From an uncultured Acidobacteriota bacterium (GTDB lineage: Bacteria; Acidobacteriota; Thermoanaerobaculia; Multivoradales; JAHEKO01): a DNA stretch of 64,000 nt. Each line of letters opens with the position of its first letter. Position 1 is the first letter of the stretch. The DNA lies in contig CAVQNG010000014.1 in assembly GCA_963713825.1 (NCBI GenBank), positions 283,596 through 347,595 on the forward strand, given 5' to 3'. The notes under the pieces are model-generated. The model did no database searches and had not been told where the DNA came from. It saw only the letters and a program-made list of their open reading frames with translations. This document shows positions 16,878 to 25,982 of this stretch, piece after piece. Both the position numbers and the translations under genes were made by a program.

Positions 16878-19442
16878 CTAGGTGGTGGGTGAATCGCCGT
16901 TCCCGCCGGAGGTCGGGTCTGGCGGGTTGAGATCCAGTGCCTCGAGAGACCCTTCAGCGATCCAGTGCTCGAAGAGGCGGCGCACACGGAATCGATCCAC
17001 CGCGATCTCCGACTCACACTCGAGGGGTGAGAATCCGGCAGCAGCTCGTCGCCAGACCTCGCGAACCAGCTCGCCGTCGGACTCCTCCTCGAGCTGCGAT
17101 GGTGACTTCGGCCCTTTCTTGAATCGGGCGTCGTCAGGAGCCAGAGCGGCGGCACGATTGAACTCGTCGAACCGTCGTATGCCTTCGAATAACAGGTCCG
17201 GAATGGGCACGACTGCGCCCTCTCCGAAGTCTCCTGGCTCGGCGGCGGTATCCTCCTCCAGAACGAATCGCCCGGGCGCCGGGTCCTCGAGCAAACGGTA
17301 GACAGCGTCCCTCCCTTTCAACTTCCCTGCCCGTGCACGGCGAAGACGTCCTTCTTCCAGGGCCAGCTCGGCTGCAACGCTGCCGTCGCTGCCATAGACC
17401 AGCAGGATGCCGCCGATTTGCGATTCGGCCAGATTCTGCAGCAGGTTGGGGAGGCCGAAGAGGCCGAGATCACCGGAGAGTGTGACATCGGGGGCGTCCT
17501 GGGTGGTCGTTGGCGCGGCCGGTCCACCAAGCTGTTTCAAGGTCGTAGAAGCAATCTCGGCGAAGGGCTCGCCCTCGAAGTCGGCTGCAATTTCCGATAG
17601 GACGTCCCGCACGGTGGGCAGATCGGTAGAGCCCAGGGATTCGATGAGGTGTTCGAGGTTGCGAACCTTCCGCTGGCTCTTGAGAGTCATGCCGAGGACT
17701 TTTTTCGGCAACTCCGCCCGCAGGGCAGTGATGATCCGATCGACCAGGTCGGCTTCCTTCGAGAGATCCTGCCCGGACAGCCGAGCCAGGCGCTCGAGAG
17801 TGTCGCCGAGAGCTGCTTGTCGCTTCAGGCCATGAGAAACGAGGCTGCGGCGGGCATCGGCACTGTCCTGACGCAGAAGAGACCGGGAAATGGAATCTAC
17901 GAGGGCGATCAGCTGATCGGCTTCGTGGGGCAGTTCCTTGACTCCGAGAAGCGCGTCTTCGAGCTCGCCGAGCCGAGCCGACAGGTTGGTGACGACTCGC
18001 TCGTGCTGGATCTGCCCGAGGGCGATGAGGGCTTCCCGAACCAGGGGCACCTCACCACTGAGGTCCGATAATCTGACCATCATGTCGATCTCGGGATCGA
18101 TCTCCTGACCTGGCGTCCTGGGGAGAGTTCGCAGGAGATGCACGAGGTTGCGGCGGTAGTACCAGGGGAAGGACGCTGAGCCGCTGGCCTCCTTGCCGAG
18201 ATCGTCCATGACGGCCTGGCGAGTCGCCTCGCCCTGCGCCGCCAAGAGCATGAGAAGGTACCGCCGCCGATCCCGGTTCTGCTCCTCCTCGAGCTCGGCG
18301 AGCAGTGCATCCGGACCGAGCTCTGGAAAGAAGTGAAGGAATCTCCGCAGCAGGTGATGTTGATCCTGCTGCTCGGCAAAGGATCGCAGTCGCGACTCGT
18401 CGATCATGCTTCGGCCTCGTCGCTGCACTCCCTTGACGTACGCCCCATCTACCACCTTTTCGGCTGCCATTCTCTCGGCCAAATCGAGCAGGGTTACGGC
18501 GCGGCCCAGAGATCCGCTATTGAACTCATTGACCGCGGTACTGACCAATTCGTCGTAACGCTCCAGGCCTTCGTTCTGGTCTTTGGCGAGACCGATGAAT
18601 TTCCGCATCGCCCTGACCGCACCAAGAGGGGAAGAGCCGGATTCTTCGGCTGGGGAAGATGCAGACTGTGCGGCAGCAGGCGCTGCCCAGTCCGGCAGTT
18701 GAGCGGCGAGCATCTTCATCAGTCCATCAGGGGTCGCGGGTAGGCCCCGCTTCTGAAGCTCGGTCAGGAACTGCTGGAGCTCCGCAGCGTTGTGGGCGCC
18801 GGTGGTCGCCTGCGTCAGGGCCTCGGCGGCGGCCCGGTTGCCTCCAGCCTGTGCATGGCCGGCGACGTGGATGGGGCCGCTCGGAGACTTGACCTCCAGA
18901 CGTCGCAGCAGATGATTCAGCCGTCGCAACTCGGTTCCGACGGCGGCTGACGGAACAAGGCCGTCGTCCAGACTCCCTTGGTCCGCAGGCCTGATCCTGG
19001 TGCGGGTTGGTTGATCCTCCCGTCCGGATCGGTCAGCGCTGCGGTAGATGACGTCAACGGTCGCACCGCCAACAGCGACGCCGAGATGAATCCGATCCAG
19101 GTCGGCGGCGAGACTCTTCTGGTCCTCGATCGGGCAAACCGAAATCAGGGCCGGCCTGAGAGTGACGAGAAACTGCTCGACCGCTTCCTTGGGGATGAGC
19201 CCCAGCTCGCCGAGAAGGTGGAGCTTCTTGGCACCGTGAAATAGATAGTCAGCAATCGGCAGGGGCTTGATCTGACCCGCGGCCCAGGCCGCCATTCCCC
19301 CTGCCACCTGTTCTGGAGGGCTACCCAGCAACACCTCGGCCGAAGAGGCGAAGAACAACGGCGGAATCTCGTCGGATAGGTACTGCTGCAGCTGTTCCAG
19401 GGCCTCCTGCAGCTGAGGATCACCAGGTGTATTCAGATCCAC
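16878..19442 (-). CDS. Large helical (HEAT-like) protein with a C-terminal DUF4388 domain
   Basis: WYYRRNLVHLL and LVREALIALGQI HEAT-like segments; LSGDLGLFGLPNLLQNLAESQIGGIL is a DUF4388/PatA-N-type start. Confidence 0.7.
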   Translation of the reverse strand: MDLNTPGDPQLQEALEQLQQYLSDEIPPLFFASSAEVLLGSPPEQVAGGMAAWAAGQIKPLPIADYLFHGAKKLHLLGELGLIPKEAVEQFLVTLRPALISVCPIEDQKSLAADLDRIHLGVAVGGATVDVIYRSADRSGREDQPTRTRIRPADQGSLDDGLVPSAAVGTELRRLNHLLRRLEVKSPSGPIHVAGHAQAGGNRAAAEALTQATTGAHNAAELQQFLTELQKRGLPATPDGLMKMLAAQLPDWAAPAAAQSASSPAEESGSSPLGAVRAMRKFIGLAKDQNEGLERYDELVSTAVNEFNSGSLGRAVTLLDLAERMAAEKVVDGAYVKGVQRRGRSMIDESRLRSFAEQQDQHHLLRRFLHFFPELGPDALLAELEEEQNRDRRRYLLMLLAAQGEATRQAVMDDLGKEASGSASFPWYYRRNLVHLLRTLPRTPGQEIDPEIDMMVRLSDLSGEVPLVREALIALGQIQHERVVTNLSARLGELEDALLGVKELPHEADQLIALVDSISRSLLRQDSADARRSLVSHGLKRQAALGDTLERLARLSGQDLSKEADLVDRIITALRAELPKKVLGMTLKSQRKVRNLEHLIESLGSTDLPTVRDVLSEIAADFEGEPFAEIASTTLKQLGGPAAPTTTQDAPDVTLSGDLGLFGLPNLLQNLAESQIGGILLVYGSDGSVAAELALEEGRLRRARAGKLKGRDAVYRLLEDPAPGRFVLEEDTAAEPGDFGEGAVVPIPDLLFEGIRRFDEFNRAAALAPDDARFKKGPKSPSQLEEESDGELVREVWRRAAAGFSPLECESEIAVDRFRVRRLFEHWIAEGSLEALDLNPPDPTSGGNGDSPTT

Positions 19443-19586
19443 GGATTTGGCTCCAGCTCTAGTGTAGCGGAGTTGATCTTAGGTTCTCCGTGGTGGACTT
19501 CACAAATTCACGCGGAGCCGCGGTGAACGGGTAGCTCTTTGGGTGCATCGCCGCGTGGCTCGCGCATCGAGAGCGGCGATCCTCCG

Positions 19587-21095
19587 TCAAGTCTTCGAAG
19601 CGGTCGCTACTGGCTCGGAGTATCTCGATTCCATCGCCAATTCGGGCAAGCCGTCTACGCCGGCCTCCCGGGCCTCGCTCTGCATGATCTCCTCGAGGTA
19701 GGTTGTCACAGAAGCATCGAGAGGCTCTGGTTCGTGCCGTGTCAGGATCGACAGTACCCGCTCGCTGGCACGGGTGGCCGAGTCCTTCGCACCGGCCGCC
19801 TCCCATTCGCCGAGCGTGGCGCGATCGATCACATCACTGGGATAGTAGCCTTCCTGCCGGAACCACTTGGCAGTGTGCTCCAACGATAGGAATTCTTTGG
19901 CGACTAGGCCTTCTTCCAGGATGGGAAGCGCGATGGGGTCATCGCGCAGCTCGATACCCGCTGCCAACCGTAGGACCAATCCACAGATCTCGTGATCCAG
20001 GACGAGTTTCTCCAGGCTTTGACAAGTTTCGAAATCGTGCATGCCCGGTCCGGAGACGTTGTTGACGCCGCTCACTGCGGCAAGGGTCGCTCCCATGGCG
20101 CTTTCCATTCCGGCCTGAAAGTCGACCACCTTCGAGTCGCTCATCGCCATGTAGGCGTGCGTCGGAACGTTGAGGTGTTTGCCAATCTCCGCATAGGCGC
20201 CGTCGATCATCTGGGTCTCGACGGCCCCCATGGGGGTGGTGCCCTTGCGCATGTCGAAGAATGCGGGTGAGCCTCCGTAAATAATGGGCGAGCCGGGCCT
20301 GGCGAGCTGGTGAATGGTGATGCCGCTGAGGTTCTCGGCGCAGTGTTGTGTTATCGCGCCCGCCAGGGTGACCGGCGAGGTGGCACCGGTCAAGGGCATG
20401 GAGACGAGCTCGGCGGGGACGCCGGTCTTGGCGCAATCGATCAGGGCCTGGGCGGTGAGGTCGCTCCACATCAGCGGAGGCGAAGGACAGCAATCGAAGA
20501 TGGCAAGAGGCTTCTCCCGCAGCTTTTCCGCGTCACCACGAACCGCAGAGAGCATGTCGTGCATCACCCGGAAAGCGCGTTTCTCGAAGGTGCCGGTGAC
20601 GATCGGCTTCGTCGAGGAGAGCAGCCCGATGTAGACACGATAGCGGTCGGCGAGATCCTCAGGCACGTCCCCGGGGATGACTCCAGTGCTCTGGGCTGCG
20701 TAGTTGGGGAGCGCGTCTGTCAGACGAGAAAAAGCGACGACATCCGACGTTACAGGTGTCCTCGCCTTGCCCAGTTGGTAGTCGAAGACCCGTAGAGCTG
20801 CCGAACCGGGATTGAAATGGACTCGGTCGCCTCCGAGATCCATGGTCATCGCACCGTTGCGGTCGAAGACCTGGATGCGGCTGGGAGCGCTTTGCAGGGC
20901 CGACTCGATCATTGGCGCCGGAATCAAGACTCTTCCCATGCTCCGGTCGATTTTGGCGCCGGCACCATCGAGGAGCTCGATCGCTTCGTCATTCTCCACA
21001 AAGACGCCGACGCGTTCGAGAACCTCGACAGCCTCTTCGACGATCTTCTCTCGTTCCTTCTCGCTGAACCATCGAACACGGGGTTGTAAGCTCAT
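19587..21095 (-). CDS. Trimethylamine-methyltransferase (MttB) superfamily protein, non-pyrrolysine
   Basis: VLERVGV, SPPLMW, GATSPVTLAG, PGSPIIYG, FDMRKG, SDSKVVDFQAGMES, SLEKLVLDHEI; no in-frame TAG. Confidence 0.9.
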   Translation of the reverse strand: MSLQPRVRWFSEKEREKIVEEAVEVLERVGVFVENDEAIELLDGAGAKIDRSMGRVLIPAPMIESALQSAPSRIQVFDRNGAMTMDLGGDRVHFNPGSAALRVFDYQLGKARTPVTSDVVAFSRLTDALPNYAAQSTGVIPGDVPEDLADRYRVYIGLLSSTKPIVTGTFEKRAFRVMHDMLSAVRGDAEKLREKPLAIFDCCPSPPLMWSDLTAQALIDCAKTGVPAELVSMPLTGATSPVTLAGAITQHCAENLSGITIHQLARPGSPIIYGGSPAFFDMRKGTTPMGAVETQMIDGAYAEIGKHLNVPTHAYMAMSDSKVVDFQAGMESAMGATLAAVSGVNNVSGPGMHDFETCQSLEKLVLDHEICGLVLRLAAGIELRDDPIALPILEEGLVAKEFLSLEHTAKWFRQEGYYPSDVIDRATLGEWEAAGAKDSATRASERVLSILTRHEPEPLDASVTTYLEEIMQSEAREAGVDGLPELAMESRYSEPVATASKT

Positions 21096-21298
21096 TGCCT
21101 CGTCCCTCTCACCGTTGAAGAAATTACATCGAGTTGCCGATGTAGAAATCGACTGGTTCCAAACTGCCTGAAGTCGGCGCAGCCTGTCACTGCGCCCGCC
21201 GAATCAAGCTAGCAGAAGGGAGGACTGCTTAGACCACCCCGAAGGGTGGGTTGGAGAGGCGCTGGGCGAATCTGGCAGCAGCGCTACCTATACGAAGC

Positions 21299-22150
21299 TC
21301 AGGGTAGAACGTCGATGGTGATCGGTTGTGTCAACTCCAGGATCATTTCGGTTCCAGCCGGGACCTCGACGGGCTTGCCTTTCGTCTTCTTGGCTGCGAA
21401 GGCTCCGCCGATGCCCCCAGCCACTGCACCGATGATCGTTCCCGTGTCTCCGCCTACTTGCTTGCCGAGCACTGCCCCTCCCAGGGTGGCACCGCCGATG
21501 ATGGCGGCGTCCTTCCCCGTCTGGCTCTTGCCTTTCTGGGAGAAGACCGCAGCAATGGGATAGGTTGCACCGTTGGTCAGGCTCAGCGTCTCGAAATCCA
21601 AGGCCAAGCGGGCACGGCCGCCAATCTTCTTGGCAGGCTCTGCCTCGATGACCCTGCCGTGGATCGTTGCTCCGGCGGGTATGACCAGCTTCTCGCCCAC
21701 CAGAACGGGTTTGGTGACCCGAGCTTGGAACGGTTGACCTACCTCACTGGTATGGCTCGATAATGTCTGCCGAAACTGGACATCGATTGTCTCGCCCGCC
21801 ACTACCGTCAGGGGCACAGGATGAGGCTTCGGCCTCGGAGCGGTGGCAGGAGTCGGTTCTGGAGCCTGCGAGTACGGCGCTGGCGATGCTGCTGCCTGAG
21901 GTTGCTGGGGCGGTTGAACAGGTACTGAAACAGGGCTGGCCGAAGGCGATTCGGAGTCCGCCTCGACCTGAACTGCTGCAGGTTCAGTGTCCTGAAGATC
22001 CGCAGTCAGCTGCGATTGCGCCGTCTCAGTGGGGATTTCTTCCCGGCTGCTCACCTCGTCCTGGTTCTTGACCCCGCACGTAGACAGCAGCAGATACGAG
22101 CCTGAGAGTAGCAACGCGAGCAGAAGTGACGGCTTGGCTTGTAATGGCAT
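21299..22150 (-). CDS. Exported protein with Pro-rich linker, TrbI/VirB10-like beta domain and glycine zipper
   Basis: Signal/lipobox-like LSTC; LSSHTSEVGQPF..VIPAGATIHGRV; IIGGATLGGAVLG..IIGAVAGGIGG. Confidence 0.65.
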   Translation of the reverse strand: MPLQAKPSLLLALLLSGSYLLLSTCGVKNQDEVSSREEIPTETAQSQLTADLQDTEPAAVQVEADSESPSASPVSVPVQPPQQPQAAASPAPYSQAPEPTPATAPRPKPHPVPLTVVAGETIDVQFRQTLSSHTSEVGQPFQARVTKPVLVGEKLVIPAGATIHGRVIEAEPAKKIGGRARLALDFETLSLTNGATYPIAAVFSQKGKSQTGKDAAIIGGATLGGAVLGKQVGGDTGTIIGAVAGGIGGAFAAKKTKGKPVEVPAGTEMILELTQPITIDVLP

Positions 22151-22370
22151 GAGATCCTCCCTTGGTCGAAATGCGAAGCCTGCTGGAGGTCCTTCTAGCA
22201 TTCTGCATGCCGGCGCACCGGAGCACTGTGGACTATCAACACTACCCTTTCACCGACCGGAACGGCGCAGTCCAGTCGGGTATGCGGTGGCTTGGCCATC
22301 GCGCGCCACGGACTCGAGAGATGACAGGAGGTACTCGGGTACGAAAGAGAGGGGAGTGAGGGAGGGAGGT

Positions 22371-22760
22371 TCAGTTGAAGGTGGGGAGGACATCACCGTG
22401 GTGAATTGTCACCTGCTGAATGCGGGTGGTCCTGACCCGATTGCCAAACTCCAGGAAGAGGCCGGGAGCGGCGAGGATGTCGCTCTTGATGGCGCTGCCA
22501 CCCCATGTACAGCCGTTGATATTGACGGTCAGAGGAGCAGCGTGGTTCTGGTCGAACCATCCACCGGCCACGGAGTATGACTCGCCGCCCAAGAAACAGA
22601 TCGAGTAAGTGGAGTTCTTGGTGACGACGACCACCCAGTCGCCTCTCGAGAGATCCGACTTGAGTACAGGGTTTATGTCGCCGGCATGCTCGACAATGGC
22701 TCCCAAGGTGCGAGCCGGGAGGGCGTCATGCACGCCGCTGGCATCAGGCGAATCGTCCAT
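22371..22760 (-). CDS. Hypothetical protein (129 aa, beta-rich)
   Basis: Globular-looking sequence KNSTYSI..GGWF..GCTWGGSAIK..GLFLEFGNRVRTTRI; fills the gap between co-oriented genes. Confidence 0.65.
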   Translation of the reverse strand: MDDSPDASGVHDALPARTLGAIVEHAGDINPVLKSDLSRGDWVVVVTKNSTYSICFLGGESYSVAGGWFDQNHAAPLTVNINGCTWGGSAIKSDILAAPGLFLEFGNRVRTTRIQQVTIHHGDVLPTFN

Positions 22761-22915
22761 TTTTGCTGCCCCAGGTTTTGCCCATGGTAAGCAACCACGT
22801 TGTCCTAGTCAATTATGGGTCTCACCAGACCTGGGATGGGGGCGCCCGAAGCCGCAGAGTCCTTGGGGACTGCGGTTCGCCGCCTTCGGCCAAGGGGGCC
22901 GTGGGAATTCTTGTC

Positions 22916-23491
22916 TCAGCTGGCGGCCAGGAGCTCTTCGATCGCGTCGGCGACGTCTGCGTCGGTGTACTGGTTGTTGGGATCGTCTCCGGTGAGTCGA
23001 TAGCGGAGAACCCCGTCAGGCCCATAGATGAAGACGGCTGGAATTCCAAGCAAGTCGAGCTTCTCGAAGGCGTGCGTCACGACCTCATCCATCAGGTAGT
23101 TCGGAAACGTCGCCTTCTGCTCGGTCAAAAACTTCCTGGCGAGCTCGATAGCATCTGCATCGTCTCTGTCGTCGAGGCACAGGGATACGAACTCGACGCC
23201 TTGATCGGCGAATTCCGTGGACAATTCCACCATGTGAGGGAACCTCTCGATGCAGGGCAGGCACCAGGTGGCCCACATGTCGACCACCACGATCTGTCCC
23301 TGTAGCGAGTGCAGCTCTTCCTGCCAACCTTCGAAGCTCACGGGCTCGAGAGTGGCTTTCCACTGAGAGGGCTTGACGGCTTCAGGTGCGCCAGTCCCGG
23401 CTGCTGTCTGAGCCGGTTCGGGTTCGGATCCACAGCCGACAGCGAAGCAGGTGGCCACGGCCAGAGCCGCTGCGAGGCGCCGAGTTCTCAT
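22916..23491 (-). CDS. TlpA/ResA-family thiol-disulfide oxidoreductase lipoprotein
   Basis: Lipobox AVGC, VVDMWATWCLPC, cis-Pro GIPA. Confidence 0.88.
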   Translation of the reverse strand: MRTRRLAAALAVATCFAVGCGSEPEPAQTAAGTGAPEAVKPSQWKATLEPVSFEGWQEELHSLQGQIVVVDMWATWCLPCIERFPHMVELSTEFADQGVEFVSLCLDDRDDADAIELARKFLTEQKATFPNYLMDEVVTHAFEKLDLLGIPAVFIYGPDGVLRYRLTGDDPNNQYTDADVADAIEELLAAS

Positions 23492-23496
23492 CGGCG

Positions 23497-24138
23497 TCAG
23501 TCCTGCGCGTACTCGACAGAGCAGCCATGAGCGCGGGTCTCGGCAACGGCAATCTCCTGGCCGGCCAGAAGCGCTTTGACCGCGTCCGCGACATAGAACT
23601 GCGTGGGGTCGCCCTCGGTGTAGTTGATAGTGCCGTCTTGCCGTTTCGAAGCCGGTGAATTGTGCAGGAGACCCATGTAGACGAGCTCGCGATCCTTGTT
23701 GAAGACGTAGTATTCGGGAGTCCTGGTGGCACCCAGCTCTCTGCCGAGTTGCTGGCTCTCGTCGTAGATGTAGGTGAAGTTGTAGCCGGCCTCGGCTCCA
23801 TGCTTCTTCATCGCGGGCAGTCGATCATCCTCGCGATGATTCACGCTGACGCCGATGATGCGGACCTTGTCGCTCTGAATGGCCTCTCCGAGCTCGATCA
23901 GATCCGGGTCCATCCCCTTGACCCAAGGACAGTGATTGGCGAGGAAGACGAGGATTACAACCTCCTCCTTCAGATCGGCGTAAGAGAGGGTTGTCCCATC
24001 AGTTGAAGGCAAGTCGGAGAACTGCGGCATTGGTGCGCCAATTTCGACGACAGCGTTGTATTCGCCGGCTTGCAGAACGACGGGCAGAACAACAAGCATC
24101 AAAACGGATGTGGCCAGGATGAGTCCTCGAAGATTCAT
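23497..24138 (-). CDS. Exported thioredoxin-fold (AhpC/TSA-like redoxin) protein
   Basis: Signal peptide, FLANHCPWV, GATRTPE, C-terminal GCSV. Confidence 0.85.
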   Translation of the reverse strand: MNLRGLILATSVLMLVVLPVVLQAGEYNAVVEIGAPMPQFSDLPSTDGTTLSYADLKEEVVILVFLANHCPWVKGMDPDLIELGEAIQSDKVRIIGVSVNHREDDRLPAMKKHGAEAGYNFTYIYDESQQLGRELGATRTPEYYVFNKDRELVYMGLLHNSPASKRQDGTINYTEGDPTQFYVADAVKALLAGQEIAVAETRAHGCSVEYAQD

Positions 24139-24181
24139 GGCGCCTCCTCAGGTGTTGATGTTCGGACGATCGGGGATTGTA

Positions 24182-24610
24182 TCAATCGGGTCGAGCGGCC
24201 AGAAGGCTCTCGGCGAACCGGGTCATGAGCCGCTTCAGATCGGGCTCCTGGACTCTGCGAGCTGCCTCTTGCGGTGCGAACCAACGACGATCACGAGTGC
24301 TTTCGGGCCAACTCTCGGAGAGTCGCTCCACCTGCAGGGGGAAGACTTGCACTGTGCAGACCCCACCCCATTTCTCGTAGCGGTAGGTGCCAACGGTGTG
24401 CGCTGTGGCGAGGCCTTCGAGACCAGCTTCCTCCCAGGCCTCCTTGACTGCCGAATCGACGGCGCTCAAACCTGGTTCGACGACGCCCTTGGGGAGTACC
24501 CAGCGCTTCTTGCGTCGGGATGAGACCAGGAGAATCTCTACCCGACCGTCGAGAATGCGGTAGGGGAGAACCGCGGACTGGGTGTAGAAGTGCTCTGGTA
24601 CTTCGGTCAT
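24182..24610 (-). CDS. NUDIX hydrolase (DIPP/Ap6A-like)
   Basis: WVLPKG..E....SAVKEAWEEAG Nudix box, WPES..RRW. Confidence 0.9.
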   Translation of the reverse strand: MTEVPEHFYTQSAVLPYRILDGRVEILLVSSRRKKRWVLPKGVVEPGLSAVDSAVKEAWEEAGLEGLATAHTVGTYRYEKWGGVCTVQVFPLQVERLSESWPESTRDRRWFAPQEAARRVQEPDLKRLMTRFAESLLAARPD

Positions 24611-24616
24611 TGATAC

Positions 24617-25099
24617 TCAGTAGAGATAGGCGACCACGAAGATCCCGAGCATTGCGAAGATCAGGGCAAGGCGGGCGGCGACGCTCAGCACCAGGCCGAT
24701 CCAGGCGCCAGCGCCAGCTCGGCTCGCTTCGAGCAGGCCCCGGCGGGCCAGCAACTCCCCAACGACCGCGCCGACAAAGGGTCCGACCACGACACCGATG
24801 AAGCCGAAGAACATTCCGACCAGGGCGCCGAGGATGGCACCGACTACCCCCCAACGGCTGGCTCCGAGACGGCGAGCTCCGTAGGCACCGGCCAGGAAGT
24901 CGAGGACGTAGAAGAGAACCGTCAGGATCGCAAGGACTCCGAGCACGGCCCAGCCGACACGGCTGAAGTCGTCGGCCCAGGCTCCGGCGAACATGCCCAG
25001 AAAGACGAGCAGGGCACCAGGCATCACCGGCAGCAGAGTGCCAACGAGACCTACCAGTATCAGGACAAATGCCAGGACCCAGAGCAAGACCACTGTCAT
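24617..25099 (-). CDS. DUF456 (YqgC-like) membrane protein
   Basis: GLVGTLLPVMPG, GARRLGASRWG, GPFVGAVVGE. Confidence 0.85.
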   Translation of the reverse strand: MTVVLLWVLAFVLILVGLVGTLLPVMPGALLVFLGMFAGAWADDFSRVGWAVLGVLAILTVLFYVLDFLAGAYGARRLGASRWGVVGAILGALVGMFFGFIGVVVGPFVGAVVGELLARRGLLEASRAGAGAWIGLVLSVAARLALIFAMLGIFVVAYLY

Positions 25100-25146
25100 T
25101 GTCGAGGAGCCTACCAGAGCGCGGGATGTCGTAGGATGGGAGAGCT

Positions 25147-25536
25147 ATGAGCCCGCAGGAGACTCATGAAGGCGTTTTCTCGACGCTGACCTTCGACGAT
25201 TTCTGGGAATGGGTCGCAGTGCACCCGAACTGTATTCTTCGGGCTGGGATTCAGAACTCGGTGATCTATGACGACGAGGACTACCATTGGCAGTTCGCTC
25301 AGGACAACCCCGAGACGTTGCTCGTCCAGGTCATCCGAGGCAAACGTCTGGTGGGTGAGTTCGCCGTCTATCGTGAGCGAGTGGCGTATGTCCAGAGCTT
25401 GGCGGGGGACCAGGAGGGCGAGGTCCTTTTCGAAGCGGTCGCCGCCGACGAAGCCGAGTCTCCTCTCGTCTGCTTTTTCGTCATGTCCCACGGCTTCGAC
25501 GCCGAAATCGACGATTCGCTCCATCCGGTCCACTGA
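25147..25536 (+). CDS. Hypothetical acidic protein (129 aa)
   Basis: Divergent ORF filling the gap, with TAGGAT and GGAG upstream; FDDFWEWVAVHPNCILRAG. Confidence 0.7.
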   Translation: MSPQETHEGVFSTLTFDDFWEWVAVHPNCILRAGIQNSVIYDDEDYHWQFAQDNPETLLVQVIRGKRLVGEFAVYRERVAYVQSLAGDQEGEVLFEAVAADEAESPLVCFFVMSHGFDAEIDDSLHPVH

Positions 25537-25579
25537 GCTTGGACGCCCCAGTCTAATCCGTCGACGTCTCTTCGACGGT

Positions 25580-25969
25580 TCAACTATAGGCAAAAAGGGC
25601 GGCCACAGCGCCAGCTGGATCTTGAATGACGCAGTAGCGGCCCATCTCTCCCATATTCTTGGGCCCACTCAGGACACTGCCGCCCATCTCCTCACAACGC
25701 CCTGCACTGGCATCGACATCCTCCACGGTGATGTAGATCAACCACTGAGCTGGCAGACCGGCGTTGCCACCTCTGGCGTGACAGATGCCAGCCTTGGGCT
25801 CGCCACTGGCAGGGGCCGCCATGTTGAAGTCGTCGTAGTCGCCCATGGAGACTGGGCTGTGCTGCCAACCTGCCACCGCGGCATAGAAGTCCCTGATGCG
25901 GGGGGCGTCTTCCACGGTCAAGTCGATCCAGCCGACGGAACCGATCTCGGGGTTCTTGTGCTCTGTCAT
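25580..25969 (-). CDS. VOC/glyoxalase family protein
   Basis: WIDLTV..RDFY..GW, WLIYITVEDVD, IQDPAGA. Confidence 0.9.
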   Translation of the reverse strand: MTEHKNPEIGSVGWIDLTVEDAPRIRDFYAAVAGWQHSPVSMGDYDDFNMAAPASGEPKAGICHARGGNAGLPAQWLIYITVEDVDASAGRCEEMGGSVLSGPKNMGEMGRYCVIQDPAGAVAALFAYS

Positions 25970-25982
25970 GGGGCCTCCGATC

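Noticed and set aside
19587-21095. Pyrrolysine or selenocysteine recoding in MttB or the redox genes
   Set aside because: The frames are open, with no in-frame TAG or TGA at the catalytic positions.
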